Source: Geosiphon pyriformis uo1
Lineage: Eukaryota > Fungi > Glomeromycota
Assembly: GCA_016748015.1 (NCBI GenBank)
Contig: JAAOMT010000283.1
Coordinates: 438,108-502,107 of the forward strand
Direction: 5' to 3'
DNA: 64,000 bases
In this document: positions 39,601 to 54,618 of the stretch, one piece after another
Layout: the number at the start of each line of letters is the position of its first letter
Numbering within the stretch: the first letter of the stretch is position 1
Position numbers and translations under genes: made by a program
The notes under the pieces: generated by a model
What the model was told of the DNA's origin: nothing
The model's input: the letters and a program-made list of their open reading frames with translations, nothing else
Database searches by the model: none

Positions 39601-42600
39601 GTGTTTTATAATATTTTGTTTTAGTGTTTTGTATGCTAGTAATATTAATAGAATAAAGATATCTTATTCCTGTTCAAAATTGGTTGAAACTTTGGCTAAT
39701 AATTTACACAATGTTTAGTTAAAACATTCTACTAATTTATTTGTTTGGAGGTAATAAAGTGATAATAAAAGTCTTTTAACATTGAATCATTTACAAATTT
39801 TTTGTATCAAGTTGCTTATAAAGTATGTTTTTTGATTGGATAAAAGTTTAATTGAATATTTATGTTTACAAATAATATCCTTATAGATAAAATTTGCTAC
39901 TAATTTTGTGTCTGCTTTTTAGATGGCTTTAATTTCGGGCCATTTGATAAGATAATCTACTACAACTGCAATATAATAGTTTTTTTTGGATTGTAATAGA
40001 TAGTGGTTTAACTAAATTGATTTTTACTATGTTGGATTTAAAAATTTAATAAAGCAAGTTTTTTTTCTTTTTTAATAACTATTTTATAATTCTATATATT
40101 GTCAAATGTTTTGGTACATGTATAACCAAAAATAATATTCAAGTATTTTTTGGATTGTACTATCTCTTTCTAAGTATGCTAATAAAAAATCTGTGTACAT
40201 ATTATATAAGATGGTTTTTTTTTCATTTTGTTGAACTAATTTAAGTAGATTTGTTGGGTTTTTGCAATTTTGGTAATAGATTTTGTTGTGATAAATAAAG
40301 TATTACTTTGTTTGGTTTTGTAATCAGTATTTTTCAACTGGAAACCAATTTTCTAGTATGTTGAGAGTCTTCAAATAGTTTTTAATATTGTTGTAGTTTT
40401 TGGAATTTATTGTTTTGTTACTAATTTTTTTGTTGAATTATTAGATTGTTGATATGAATTTTAATCTTGTCTTATTTTAAAAAGGCTATTAATATTTGTG
40501 TGTAATTTTTCTGGTTTGTGGTATACAATATATTTGTAATTGGTTAGAAAATCAGTCCATTATGATTGCTTTGTACTAAGTTTAAAGCTTTATTATTAAG
40601 CTATTTGAAGTCAATATTATCTGTAATAATATTAAATTGAAATCTATTTTAAAGGTAGCTGCTTCTAATTTAGTTAAATTATATTTGAGTTTTGTTGGCT
40701 TGAATGTTCTATTGGTATATGCAATTACTTACTTATTGTTATTTTTATTTAATTATAATAAGATAGTGCTAAAAATTATATATAAAGCATTAGTAACTAA
40801 CTAAAATCTTTTACTAAAATCAAAATAAACAAAAATTGGAACTATGATTAAATAGTTATTGTTGGGCTTAAGTCTATTAGTATCTAATATTTTTGTTAAT
40901 TAGATAATTGAGTAGTTTGGCAATTTCAGAAAATTTTTTGATGAACTTTTGGTAATAGAAAACTAATTCTATAAATTTTTTTACTTCTGTGGTATTTTAA
41001 AGAACTTAAAAGTTTTTAATAATACTAATTGTTTCTAAATTGAGTTAAACTTTATTTTTGTTAACAATATATTCAAAAAAAATCATATTTATTTTTTCAA
41101 AGTGACATTTTTCAATATTTAATTTCAATTTTGTTTTTTGTAATCATTGAAAAACTTTTTATAGGTAGATTAAATAAGCTTCAAAACTTAAAAAATACAT
41201 ATTAGTGTTGTTAAGATAAACAATTATTGATTGTTGTAAAAAAATTTTATAAACAACATTTATTAATTGTTAAAATATTGCTAGTGCATTGCAAAATCCA
41301 AAAGATATAACATTAAATTTATAGTTTTTTTTTTGTATAATAAATGCTATTTTAAGATGATCTTTTGAATTTATTTCAATTTATTAATATTTACTTTTTA
41401 AGTCTAAAGTTGAAAAAAACTTGGCTTTTCCTAAAACATCTATTATGTTATCAATTCTTGATAATGGGTAGACATTTTCTATTGTAACACTATTCAGTTA
41501 ACAATAGTTTATACAAAATCTGATTTTTCTATTTTTTTTTTGACAAAAACTATTGGTAAGACCCAAAAATTTTTTGATGGTTGGATAAAACTATTGTTAA
41601 GTATTTATTGTACTTTTTTTAATAAATTGGTAATTGGAAAATAGGACTTAATAGGCTTATTAATATTTTAGTGAAACATTTTCTGTGTGAATTTGATGTT
41701 ATACAATATTAATTTTTCTAAGATTATTGTTGTTTTTGGTAAATATATTGGCATATTTGGCAATTAACTGTTTTAATTGTTTTTGTTGTTGGAGTTTTAA
41801 GAAATTCATGTTGATTTAAAAAAGTTTTTTTTCTATAATATGGTAATTTTTGGTACTAGACATAATATTTGGATTTGGAAGTAGTATATATTTTACAATT
41901 TTAATAAAATTAGAAACAGTTTAAAAGGTTTTATTCTAAAAAATATTGTTATGTATGATTTTAATTTCTAATATATTTAATAAAATAATATGGTATTTAT
42001 TGGGATTGTAGAAAATAATCTGGAATTTTTTTATTCCTTTTAAAATATAAATATTTGGAATTAAAATTTTATGCTTTAAACAGATTTGTTTATTTGACTT
42101 AAAAATTTGTTAAATGATGATAAATTTTAAACAAATATAAATTTTGTGATGTTTTTTAAAAAATAAGATAGTAATTGGTTGTGAAAGTCGAAGAATTTAA
42201 TGAGATTTATTTTGTCTTGAGAGCTATATTTACTGGAACTGTAAATTATTTAGTTGAACCAAAATCTTAGGTTTTTTTTTACTTTTTTTTAATTGTTCTC
42301 TTAATATAACTGATTTTAAGTTCGAAATATTAATTAAAAGTAAATAAATAACTTGGGCAATTTTTTCAACATGTTTAATTTTGAATAGTTTATTTGTTTT
42401 GTTTTGTAACATGATTGTAATATCTCTGATATATCTTGTATTTATAACTCCTTCTCTAATATTGATTTTTTTGCTTGCCAATAATAATTAAAAAGCAATT
42501 TGAATTATTGTTCTTAGTGATATTTTGAGAGCAATTTTGAGATTAATCTTTGTTATAAACTTAAATTAAAGAACCAAAATATCTTTGTTTAAATATTATA

Positions 42601-43622
42601 GATCATATTTAACATCAATTTTGTGAGTTTTTTCTGGCTTAATACCTTGTTTATTATTGTCAAAGTATTTGAGTTGTAGAGTTAATTGATTTTTGAACAA
42701 ATAAATTGGTATGATTGGTAGTTTTTTTTTTGAATCAGGTTTTCCAAATTCAATTTCTTCTTGGTTATTTTTGCTAAACAAAAAAATATTAAGAGCATAG
42801 CATTCTAAACATTATTGGTTGTCACAAGACATAATGTATTCTTTACATAATTGAATGTTTATTTGCTTTAATTATTGAATTTAAGTTTTTTTGGTCAGAT
42901 ATGTATGACTTGTAATTTGGTAATATGTTTTTATTTCATCTTCATAGTTAAATTTAGCTAATTTTATGGTGTATTTAATGTACTCTGTTTCTTTTATTTG
43001 ACAAACATCTTCTTAGATGGCTTTATTAATTAAGGTTATTATAAGATCATAAATTATTTTGGCATTATGTAAGTAATAATAGAGTTTGTTAAAAATACTG
43101 TTATATGCTGCTTTAAAGAGTGTTTTTTTTCTAACTTTTTCAAAAATTAATAGAGCATATTGACAAGTCTGATCACAAATTTCTTTTGTTATTGTAATAT
43201 CAATTCAGTTGTATTTTTCTAATAGTAATTTTTCACATATAAAACAGAATATGTTGTTTTATTTTCATTTTATTTAAAGTATTCAAATTGTTCTCAATAG
43301 TAAGCTTTGTAGTAATAACAAATACATGTCTTATATTTTTCTTTTGGGTATATACAAACTCTCATTAACAAAAGCTTTTTGTTGTAATTCTTGTATCTGA
43401 ATAGAATATATGGTAGTTGTTTCTGTAGTTCTGGTTTAGAATAATGGACAATATTCTATCTTTTGATTTCTTCAAAAATTTTCTGTTCTGTTTCTTTAGT
43501 TTAATTGAATATTAATCTAAAAACCATGTAAATTTTAGTAATTAGCATTTTTTTTTCCTTTTTAAATTCAAATACAGGAAAGTATTACAAGTAACAAGTA
43601 CTTTAATATATTGTCTTAATAT

Positions 43623-46600
43623 TGTTATGGTTGAAATTCATATTTTTTATTAGTTATTAGATGTATTAGCCACACTATTTTTAGATAGTGATTATTAATC
43701 TGATCAATAATCTGATTATTAATCTGATTATTAACTTAATTATTAATTTGATTAATGATCTGATTATTGACTTGATCATTGACTTGATTATTAATCTAGT
43801 TGTTAATCTGATCATTAACTATTTTTGATAGCTATATAAGTAATGAATCTTTTAGCTATAGAAATGCATGTCAAAAATCAAGGAAATAAAATAAATAAAA
43901 AAATAACTTTTATCTTAATTTTTTTCTTATTGCTAATTTTTTTTTTCTTATCTTCAAGTATCTGAACATTTTGAAATAAAAAATTATTTGTTGGTTATTT
44001 TCTACTTTTTTCCTAAAATATGTAATTGTAGCATTTGAAGATTATTGAATAAAATATGACTAAAAAATACATCTGATATCTAATATTGAATTCTAAGAGT
44101 GCTAATGTAAGGCATAGAATTATACCAATATGTAATCATTTGTTGACAGTACAAATTATCTCTTTATCTTCAAATTTCTTGGTTATCTTTTGAAAAGTAT
44201 AGTAACTGAGATATTTTATAAAACTGATCTTATACATTGAATCTATACTTATTTAATTTGCTCTTTAAAGTTGAATTCCCTTTGATTTTTTTTATCACCC
44301 TACAATCTTGTTTTTCTTTGCTATCTGTTAGCTTGTTACTCCAACCTGTAACATAAAAGTAGTGCTTCCTGTGAGGTTGTTAAAATCCACTTTGTTTTTT
44401 ATTGTATAAATGATTATTTATACTTGTTATAACAATTAGAAAAACACTTTGAAGTATGCAACAAAAATAATATAGACTTTATTGAACTTAATTTTTTGTC
44501 TTCCTACTTAATTTGCTTCCTCATTAAAGAACAATTCAGTAGACAATTCTAAGATTTTTGGAACTGGTTCCTAAATGAGCATTTAGCTGAAATCTACACA
44601 GCTTATACAACTTATTACTTTAACCAAGCTTATATTAAAGACAACTTTGAAAAAAGAAACAACAGCATTAATTAGCTTTTATATTTCACAACATTTGAAC
44701 AACAGTCCCTTAATTTTGAATACTTAAATTACCAAGTTCACATTTAAATTGCTGTTCATTAGCTAGCTAAAACACTCTTTGAAACAGAAAAAGAAAACTA
44801 TCAAACTGCTTCTGTTTTTAATCTCTTTTCAAGTAAATTAGAACATTCTACACAAACAGCTACTTCTAAATCAATGGCTAATGACTCTATACAACAAAAC
44901 ATTTTGGTTACCCTCCAAGACATACAAACTGCTTTAGGGCAAAAAAACAATACACCATTACTATTATTTAGAGGTGATACACAAAATCTAATTAAATGGT
45001 TGAATGACTTTGAAAAAGCTGTCACAGCCAACCAATATGATAATGAATACAAGTTTCAAATTGTTGGTGGCTACTTTCAAGGCTCTCCTGCTACTTGGTT
45101 CTTACAAAAAACCAATGTCAATGCTCAACAAAAAATCATTAGATAGATATTAGCAAATACTAAAAAAGACAATATTTCTTTTATTATCTGGTTTGAAATG
45201 AAATTTAGAACTCCTATTTTGATATTCAAATAGTGCATGAAATTAGAAAAAAGAATCTAAAATTCTAGTAAAATTGTAACTAAATATGCCAAAGCAATCA
45301 AAAAGTTAATTAAGCAAATAAACTCTGAAAAAAACTGGACAAAAGAGCAGAAAATTCATTTTTTTATAAAAAAATTAAGAACTGATCTCTTATATGTTTT
45401 TTGGTTTTTCCTGGCTCTAAAAGATAATCTTACAATGGATATAGCTATTAAACTTGCTCAAAGAATAGAAGACAATCAAAAAATACACCTAGAATTTACA
45501 CTTTCAGTTTTTGTTTCTATTTTTGTTATGGCTCCTGTTTTCCAAATAGCTGCTATCTCTTTTGCTATTCAAACTTAAGACCCAAATAAACAGTTAATAG
45601 ATAAACTTACAGCCAATTTTGCTCAGTTATTAGAACTCTTAGCCCAAGCAGTTAGAGATAATTAATAATTACAAAGACTTAGATATAAATTCTATTTTAA
45701 TTAGCCTTAACAACCTTCTTATCAAAGACAACAAAATCATGGTCCACTTGTGTGTTATCACTGTGAATTAACTGGACATTTTTCCAAAGATTGCAATCCT
45801 TTTTTGTCTTTTCTAGCTTTCAGAAACAATGACAATCAAAACAACAGAACCATTAACAACTATGTCCCCAATCAAAGACCCAATTATGCCAACATCAATT
45901 TCTTTGGAAAAGATTTTTTAGTTGAAACCACTGTTTATCAGCCTTTAAACTGATAAGTACACCTCCAAAGGGTGAGAATACAAGCCAACCAAAAGAAAAT
46001 ATTTTTTACACTTTTAATTTAACTAATAATAACTTTAACATGAATGAACTAACAATTAATATCTCTGAATTAACAAGAAAGAAGAAAAAAGCCAAGATTG
46101 ATTTCATTCTGGACCCAAACAAAGCATCCACATCAACAGCTAATAACAATGAATCACTAAAGGCTAAAGTTTTTAAGAATTCTTCAAAATTAAAACCTTC
46201 AGAAATAATACAGAAATTTGGTTCCTATTTTGTTGTTAAAAATTTTATAGAAACCCCAGCACATATTATATTTGGCCAACTAATAACTCACCTATAGTTC
46301 AAAAAAAATTTTCACAAATCATTAATACCAAAGAAAAAAACACCAAAGACCAACAAATGTTTTCATCAAGCTGAATTTGCTGACAACAGCAATATCATTT
46401 CTTTAATTTGTAAAATCCAAGTGACTGGTTACTTTATTAATCTGATTCTAGACAGTAGATTATCTGTCAGTGTAATTGTCAAACACTTTTTGAAAGCCAT
46501 TGGAAAAAAAATTAATGAATTTTCCACCCAGCCTATAACCAATATACATGGTAATAAGAAGAAAGACTTGGACATAACCAAAGCTGTTTTTGTTTGCATT

Positions 46601-49600
46601 AATAGCATCAGCATTAAAACTAACATAGAAGTATTTGAAGCAAAAAAATACACCATAATTGTTGGCAATAAGTGGCTTAAGAAAGCCAAAACACTATTTG
46701 ACTATAAACTTTATAAGCTAACCATCAGATGTGGTGAGAATAAAAAAAAAGATCAAAAAGATCAAGAAGAACAAAAAGAAACTGCTGAACTCACTTATAT
46801 TATCTTTACCAGTAATGACAAGTTACTAGATAATATTAAAGCTAACAAAAAAGAGATTATTGTAAATAGCAAATTAATCTGCTGGTCTTACTATGATATT
46901 CTTAAAAGAATCTTTGATAGAAAACCTGACAAAAAAGCCAAATACAGTTATTGGTGATATGGTCTTTGTACTAGGTGTTAGTGTAATAAATCTTTGTATT
47001 CCCTTAATAATGAATACAAGTCCTGTCTAATTTATTATAAAGATTGGGAGCCAATTAGTTTAATATCCAAAGAAAAAATAAAAGAAATACAAAAGTCTTT
47101 TGAAAACAAACCATCTGAAATCTAATCACTTGCAGTAGAACAAAGAGAACCCTTTTCTGAAGAAAAAAAAATAGACATTGAAAATCTGTTGGCTAGAAAT
47201 AGTCCAGTTATCTTAAAAGAAGGTGATATTCCTAGATAAATCTATGTAATACAACATATTATTACCACCAAAAAAACTCATTTTATCTATTTGAAGTCTT
47301 ATTAATTCAATTGGCACAATAATAAATTTATTAAGAAAGAGATAACCTGAATAAAAAATCTTGGATTCATACAAAAAACCAAGAGTGAATGGGCTTTTTT
47401 AGTTGTGGTGGTATCTAAAAAAGGTGGAACTCTATGCTTCTGTATTGATTATTGCCAATTAAATGCCATTACTATAAAAGATATGTATTTACTTTCCAAA
47501 TTTGATGCAATGTTAGACAAATTCAATGGTGCTGCTTTCTTCTTAACTATTAACTTAACTGCTGAATTCTGGCAAGTAAAGATAGATCCAGAAAGCAGAA
47601 AAAAAACTGCCTTCATTACCAAATATGACACTTATAAATTTACAGTTATGCCTTTGGTCTTATCAATATCTTTTTTACTTTTTAATACTTAATGGACAAA
47701 GTGTTTAAATCAGTAAAAGAAAACTTTGTTCTGGTTTACTTGAACAACATAATAGTATACTCAAAAACTTGAAATAAACACCTAAAACATTTACAAAAGG
47801 TTTTTGACCTTCTTAGAAATGCTAGTCTTAAAATTAACCCAATCAAATCTTTCTTTGAACATTAATTCACCCAGTTTCTTGGTCATCTTATTATGAAAAA
47901 TAGAATCTTTTGTGACTTAGCTAAAGTTGAAAAAGTCCAGAACAATAGACAATCAATAAATGTTTCTGAACCATGCTCTTTTTTTGGTTTGGCTTCTTAC
48001 TATTACAAATTTATCAAAGATTTCTCTAAAATTGCCTTTCTTTTCAATCAGCTACTCAAGAAAAATGTTAATTATTACTGAAGCACTTATTAACAAAAAG
48101 CTTTTAAAACACTAAAGAAAAAACTTGTTATTGAACCAATTTTTAAGCAATCTGATCTGAACCAATCTTTTATTCTCCATATTGATATATTTGGTTATAG
48201 GCTTAGTACTGTTTTTTTACAAAAAAATAAAAATGACAAAGAACATACTATAGCATATGTCAGTAGATCTCTTATACCAGCAGAAAAGAACTATTTAGTT
48301 ACTAAACAAGAATGCTTAGCAGTAGTTTATACTACTAATTACTAGGATCAATATCTTTTTGGTGTAAAATTCTTAATAGTAATAGATTATTAAGTCTTGG
48401 TTTGGCTGCATAACAAAAAAAAGCTGAAATATAAATAGATAACTTGCTGAATACTTTACCTGGATGAATTCAACTATGATATTTAACACCACAAAAAAGC
48501 AAATTATTAAAACACTGATGTTCTCTCTAGACTTACCATCTAGTAATAGTACAATCTCTCAAACAAATCAACTTAATTATTAGTAACTCTCTTATAAACA
48601 AACACAATAATAGATTTGGACAACTACTTTGCATTAATAAAATTTTTGAATAAAAGACAATACTCACCAGAATACATTTGACAGCAAAAAAAACAATTAT
48701 ACAAACAATCAAATTTTTATTTGATTTACCAGAATTAGTTATATAAAAAAAATAAAAGAGATTCTAATTGCCTCCAGAGAGTTATTAGATTTAAAGAAAG
48801 AAAAATTGTAATATATAATATGCATACTAATCATTAACTGGACACTTTAAAAAAACAAAAACAATTCAGAAAACTTTAGCTTGCTATTATTAGTCTACCT
48901 TGAAAAAAAACATTACTGAATACATAAAAATCTGTAATATTTGTTAAAAAAAAGACAAATTCAATTGAAAAGAAGATATTCATCTAATCTCTGTTGGCCA
49001 ATTATTTGACAAAATTGGTATAGATGTTGTTGAATCTTTAACAATAACTCTTGATGGCAACAAATATATTATCACAGCTACTGACTATTTTACAAAGTGG
49101 GTAAAAGCAAGAGTCACCTCAAACCCAACAGCAGTTTCAATAACCAATTTTATTTATGAAGATATTATCTGCCATCATGGCTGCTCCAAAAAACTTTTAT
49201 CTAATAGAAGAAGAGTTTTTCTCAGTATATTGATTGAAAAACTTTGTAAAAAAATAGGAATATATCATAAACTTTCTTTTTTTTATTACTTTTAAACAAA
49301 TGGCTTAGTAAAACATTTCAATAGAACATTATGTAAAACCTTAACCAAAACCAGTAAAGAAATAAACTTATGAGATAAAGTACTGCTTTTAGCTTTGTTT
49401 GCTTATAAAACTGTAAATTATAACATAACAAGTTATGAACTTTTTTATCTGTTCTATGAACACATAACAACTCTACCAATAAAAACTGATATTGAAACAA
49501 TACTCTTTAAAGAAATCACAATAAGAAATTATAAAAACATTTTGCAAAGAAAACTTAGTATTATTCTTAACTTCTTAATAGAAATACAAATAATTGTTTT

Positions 49601-51254
49601 TGAAAAGATTAACAGTTCCAAGAAAAGCTTAAGAAAAAAAAAACTTATAAAACACTTTTCTTAAGTATTGGTAACTTAGTTTTGGAATATTGCTCAGATA
49701 GAAACAATATCTATGGTAATAAAATTTTTAATTGGTAAAAAAAACCCTTTTTAGTCAACAAAGTTTTGAAAAATGATTCTTATATTCTTTAAAATTAATC
49801 TAGAACAATCTTTAATAATCATCTTGTTCATGATATAAAACTCAAAAAATATTATAAATGAGCTAATTGGTTGTCTGTTATGGTAATATTAATCCAAATT
49901 ATCAGCAAAAATCAAGTATAAATAAATACACCATTTCTAAAACAGAAGTATCTTTAATTAACATAAATAATTATTTTCTGGATCAAAACATTTAAAATGT
50001 CTTCTATACTCTCCATAAATATTGGATCAAAAACTATTCAAATGTTACACTAACTATTAAAAAACAAATTACCATAACTAATAACAGTAGAACACATACT
50101 GTTATTAGATTCAAGAAAACCACTACCAAAAAAAAAAATTAATGGCAAAATAGATAAATATCTGTTAAAAAGTATAATAACAGCTATATTTTTATCTTCT
50201 AACATAATTGGAAAAACAATTCAAAAAATTTTGCTTATAAACAAAAACTTGTCATATAGAAGACAATTAGAACTCTATGGTTGTCTTAGTAAAATTATAG
50301 AGAATATAAAACTCTTAAAGAAAACAACTTTAGAGATACAGATAGAAAATTTGAGCATTATACAGTTAGATTTCTCAAAAGTTTTAACTATTATTAGAAG
50401 AGCCAAAACTTTAATACAAAGATTTAGTCTCTTGGATACAAAACTTATTTTGTCTCAAGTATTATATACTCTATTCACAAAAAACTTTAACAAACTAATT
50501 AGCTTTGAATTAGACAAAACTTTTTAAATAGATTACACTATGAATAACTTGATTTTATTAGAGCTCAATTTTTTTGGAGAAGATAATATTATGGTTAAAA
50601 TCCATACTTTTTATTAGTTATTACAGATATTAGTTACTGATGTTATATAATTAGCCATCTTATTTTTAAATAATAATCATTAATCTGATTAATGACTTGA
50701 TTATTGACTTGATTATTGACTACTTTTAATAACTATATAAGCAATAAATTTTTTAGCTATAGAAATACATATTAGAAATTAAGGAAATAAAATAAATAAA
50801 ATAACAACTTTTATCTCAATCTTTTTTTTATTGCTAATTTTTTTTTCTTTATCTTTAAATATCTGAATATCTTAAGATAAAAGATTACTTGTTGGTTATT
50901 TCTTACCTTTTTCCTGAAATGTGTAATTGTAGTACTTGAAGATTATTGAATAAAATATAACTGAAAAGTATATTTGATATTTGATATTGAATTCTAAGAA
51001 TGCTAATATAAGACATAGAATTATACTAATGTATAATTATTTGTTAACAGTATGAACTATTCTTCTACTTTCAGATTCTCCAGTTATCTTTTAAAAAGTA
51101 TAGCAACTGAGATATTTTATGAGACTAATCTCATATATTAAATCCATACTTATTTAATTTGCTCTTTAAAGTTGAATTTTCTTTGATTTCTTTTATCATC
51201 CTACAATCTTGTTCTCTTTTGCTATTTGTTAGCTTGTTACTTTAACCTGTAACA
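43623..51254 (+). mobile_element. Family A copy A3, full length
   Basis: LTRs 43623-44353 and 50587-51254, TSD ATAT, PBS 44360-44376, gag to 45953, pol to 48546, integrase 48610-~49920, ORF3 ~49963-50617. Confidence 0.95.
45944..45985 (+). promoter_or_regulatory. Putative -1 ribosomal frameshift signal (T TTA AAC, gag stop, downstream hairpin)
   Basis: Heptamer in X XXY YYZ phase directly before the gag stop; -1 frame is pol; also at 3653-3659 (-) and 18713-18719. Confidence 0.8.
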
Positions 51255-53635
51255 ATATAAAATTTTTAATTTTTAAGTCTTCTAATCTAGATTTGTATTT
51301 GTCTTAAGAAACCAATCATTTTTAATAAAAGCCTAATATTAAGGTGTATCTATTATTATAACTTTAATCAAAATAGTAATTTTGTTAATTGTAAATGAAA
51401 AGTTGTTGATTTTTCCAACTGGAGTTTTTTTATATTATTGGCTATAACAATAACTGTTTGGGCAGATCTATTCATATTTTGTTTAAACTATTGCATTAAT
51501 TGGTATATAATAATGTTTCTGATGGATTTACTATCTAAAATTAATCAAATTGGTTTTTTTTTAACTTCAGCTTTGGTGTATATTACTGTAATTGTCTTTT
51601 GTTTAATAACTGCTATATTACTGAATAAGAATAATGATTTATTGGCTTTGAATTTGAATAGAAAAATATTAGAAAAGTTGTATTTTGGGCAATTTGGATT
51701 TATAAAATAGTATTACTGAAAAAGTTTTGTCTTAAAGCTGTAGTTTTATTTTTAAAAAGTACAATTTGCTAAAAATTCGATTCTTTTGATATTGTAAAAT
51801 AGTTAGATTGAATGCAATAATATGTGGATTTTTGTTGAATTGAATTTTAAAAAACTAGTTAATTATTGAAATTAAATCTATTGTTGTTTGTTATAAATCA
51901 GTTCAAAAATGCAAATTGGTTTTGTTAAACCAATTTTTAAACAGATATTTAATATTGTTAAACTGAGAGTTATGAATATTATTATTAAATAAGTTGTGAA
52001 ATAAGTTGATAAAAATTGTTTTGATATTAAGATTTTGGTAAATAATAAGTTAGTAATAGAAATTATTAATAGAATTGCTAAGATTAGAAATAAGATTGAT
52101 TTCTATTGTTGATCTCTTTGTATTTTTTTGCAATTTTATTTCCAATGTTCTAAGATTTCACAGTAATAACAGCTTTGTAATTAATTATTAAATAGCAATG
52201 CAAAATTTTTTTGATTTTAATATTGTAAAAACTGATATTTTTGTTGCTGCTGTTATTGTTGATTGGTAAAATAATTTTCAACTTTCTTTGTTAATTAATT
52301 AATTTTTTTTTCAGCTGTTAAACTGGTTTCTCCAATTGTAAGATTCACAATTTTGGTGCAGTTAGTTTTTTTTATAGCTATATCATAGTTTTTTATATAT
52401 TAAATGATTATAGCTAAGTCTGTTAGAGCATAAAAACAAACTTTCTTAATTAATTTATCTTTTAATTCACCAATAAATTGGTCCAAAATTTGAGCATTAG
52501 AATAATACTTGTTGGTTTTTAATTGTTGAATTCATCAAAAAAGTTTGTTAAATTTTTTAAGATAAATTATAATAGATTCAAAAGGTTTTTATTTGATGTT
52601 TTAAAATTGGTTTTGGAGGGTGATAGAAGTATTATTGTTAATAAATTGTTCCAAGAAAGCATTTTTGAATGCTTGCTAGTTTTTAAAGAGTTTGGCCAAG
52701 TTTTTAAACCATTTATCTGTCATTTCTTAAAAAAATTATGGAATTGTTTTTAACATTTTTCCTGTATTTTATTTATTTATATTTTCTGCTTTTTAAACTT
52801 TGTTAAGCCATTTTTGTGGACTGGTATTAGCATTTTTTCAAATAAATTCAGTAATCTTTGTAATGTAAATAGTTGTTATTTTGTTTGTATTTTCATTTTT
52901 AATAGTTTCTTTCTTTGTGAATTTAAAAACATATTCATTATTATTAGAGTAATTGCTTTGGTTTTTTGCTAAAAAATTGAAAAGATTAGTATTAATAAAA
53001 ATTTGTTTAGACTGTTGTATTAAACTTTTTGGTGATGTAAAATTTTCTGGTCTTAAAAAATAGTTGAGTAATAAATTTGGTATTTGAACTTAAGCAAAAA
53101 AAGCTGGAAAGAGTATAATTGAAAGTAGTAATTTAAAATTGGTTCTTGTTTTGATATTTATAGATGTTGAAAAGTTGTCTTTAGTGTATTGAGTATTGTA
53201 TAAATTAGTCATATATTTTTTTGTTTGTTTTTTTTGCTTGTTTCAGATTTAAACTTAAGTTCAAAAATAAATTACAAGTTAGCAAAATATTTTTCTTCAC
53301 AAAACTTGATAATATTATAATCAAGTTCTTTAAAATAAATAGTATAACTATTAGCACTAATGTTTTTTGAATTTCTGTTTGAGTAATAAATAAGATTTTC
53401 AAAAAAATTTTACTTGATTTCTGTAATATTATAGTTTTCAAATAAGTATTCATTGATTTAATTTTCAATGTATTAAAAAAGTGTTTACTTAAAAGCTGTA
53501 ATTCTATCTTAAATTTCAAATCATTGTTTGCAATAAGTATAAATTAACTGATAGTACTTTAGAATTGTTATGTTTAATATGATTGTTACTTTAAAGTTTG
53601 TTGTTGCTGTATTATTTTTGTAAAAGAGTACCAAA

Positions 53636-54618
53636 TATTACTTAAGGTTTTTGGTTTTTTTTTTTGAATGTTGTTAATGTCTGTTTGCTGTTTAATTTAT
53701 GTTTTCTGGAAGTTAGTAAATCTCTAATAACTGAATTTATCTTCAAATTATTTTTTATAATTTGAACTATTGGACTTATAATTGGAATAGCCAATTCTGT
53801 GCTAGTTACTTTATATAGTTATATTGTAGTAAATGTTAACTTTTTTTCAAGAATTGTTTATCTAAAAGCTTACTAAAAATGTATAGTTATTTTGCAGTAA
53901 AAGTTAACTTTTCTATAGAAATTTTGTCTGTAGATTATCCTAATAATTATAATAAAAAAAGTAAAAAAATAAAAAAAAAATAAAAGAAATAAAATTTTGT
54001 TAAGAGAATTATTTTTTGTTTAAGCCTAAAGTCATTAATAAATTACTGAAATTAGTAATTAATTAATTTTAAAATGTTAATCAGGTTTTGAAAAATGTCA
54101 AGTAGAATTATTTCAAAAATTGGTTTTCAAAGTATTTTTTTTATTTTAAATTGTACTAATAAGAATAAATTTAAAGTAAAATATCTATAGTAAGATAATT
54201 CTAAAGAAAATAAAATATATTTTCTTAAAAAGAAAAGCTCTTCTTTTATATAATTTGTTATAGTACTAGTTTATAAACTTGAACTTTTTTTCACACTAAT
54301 TTCAATAAATTAAAGATATATTTTGATAAACTACAAGTTATTTTGATAAACTATTAACTATTTTGGTAAACTATTTATTATTTCAGCAAATTTTTGTAAA
54401 TTTTGGCAAATTCTTAAATATTACATAGTTCAAGGTATTATGTTATTTGAATTATTCTAATTTCTATTGTATAAATTGAGTTATTAATTAAATAATAATA
54501 TTTAATAATTTGATTAAGTAATAAGTAATAATTAAAACAATATTAATATATACTAATTAATAATAAAAATTATAAGATAATTTTATATTAATTAATGACA
54601 AAAATTCTACTGGTAATA
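53636..54618 (-). repeat. C2 5' LTR
   Basis: Homologous to C1 LTRs; decayed termini TATTAC...GTAATA. Confidence 0.9.

Larger units (their letters stand above)
39601..54618 (-). mobile_element. Family C copy C2, heavily decayed, 3'-truncated in integrase, interrupted by A3
   Basis: Integrase 39601-40410, RNase H/RT 40461-41750, dUTPase ~42250-42685, protease/gag 51255-53590, PBS ~53620-53633, 5' LTR 53636-54618. Confidence 0.9.
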
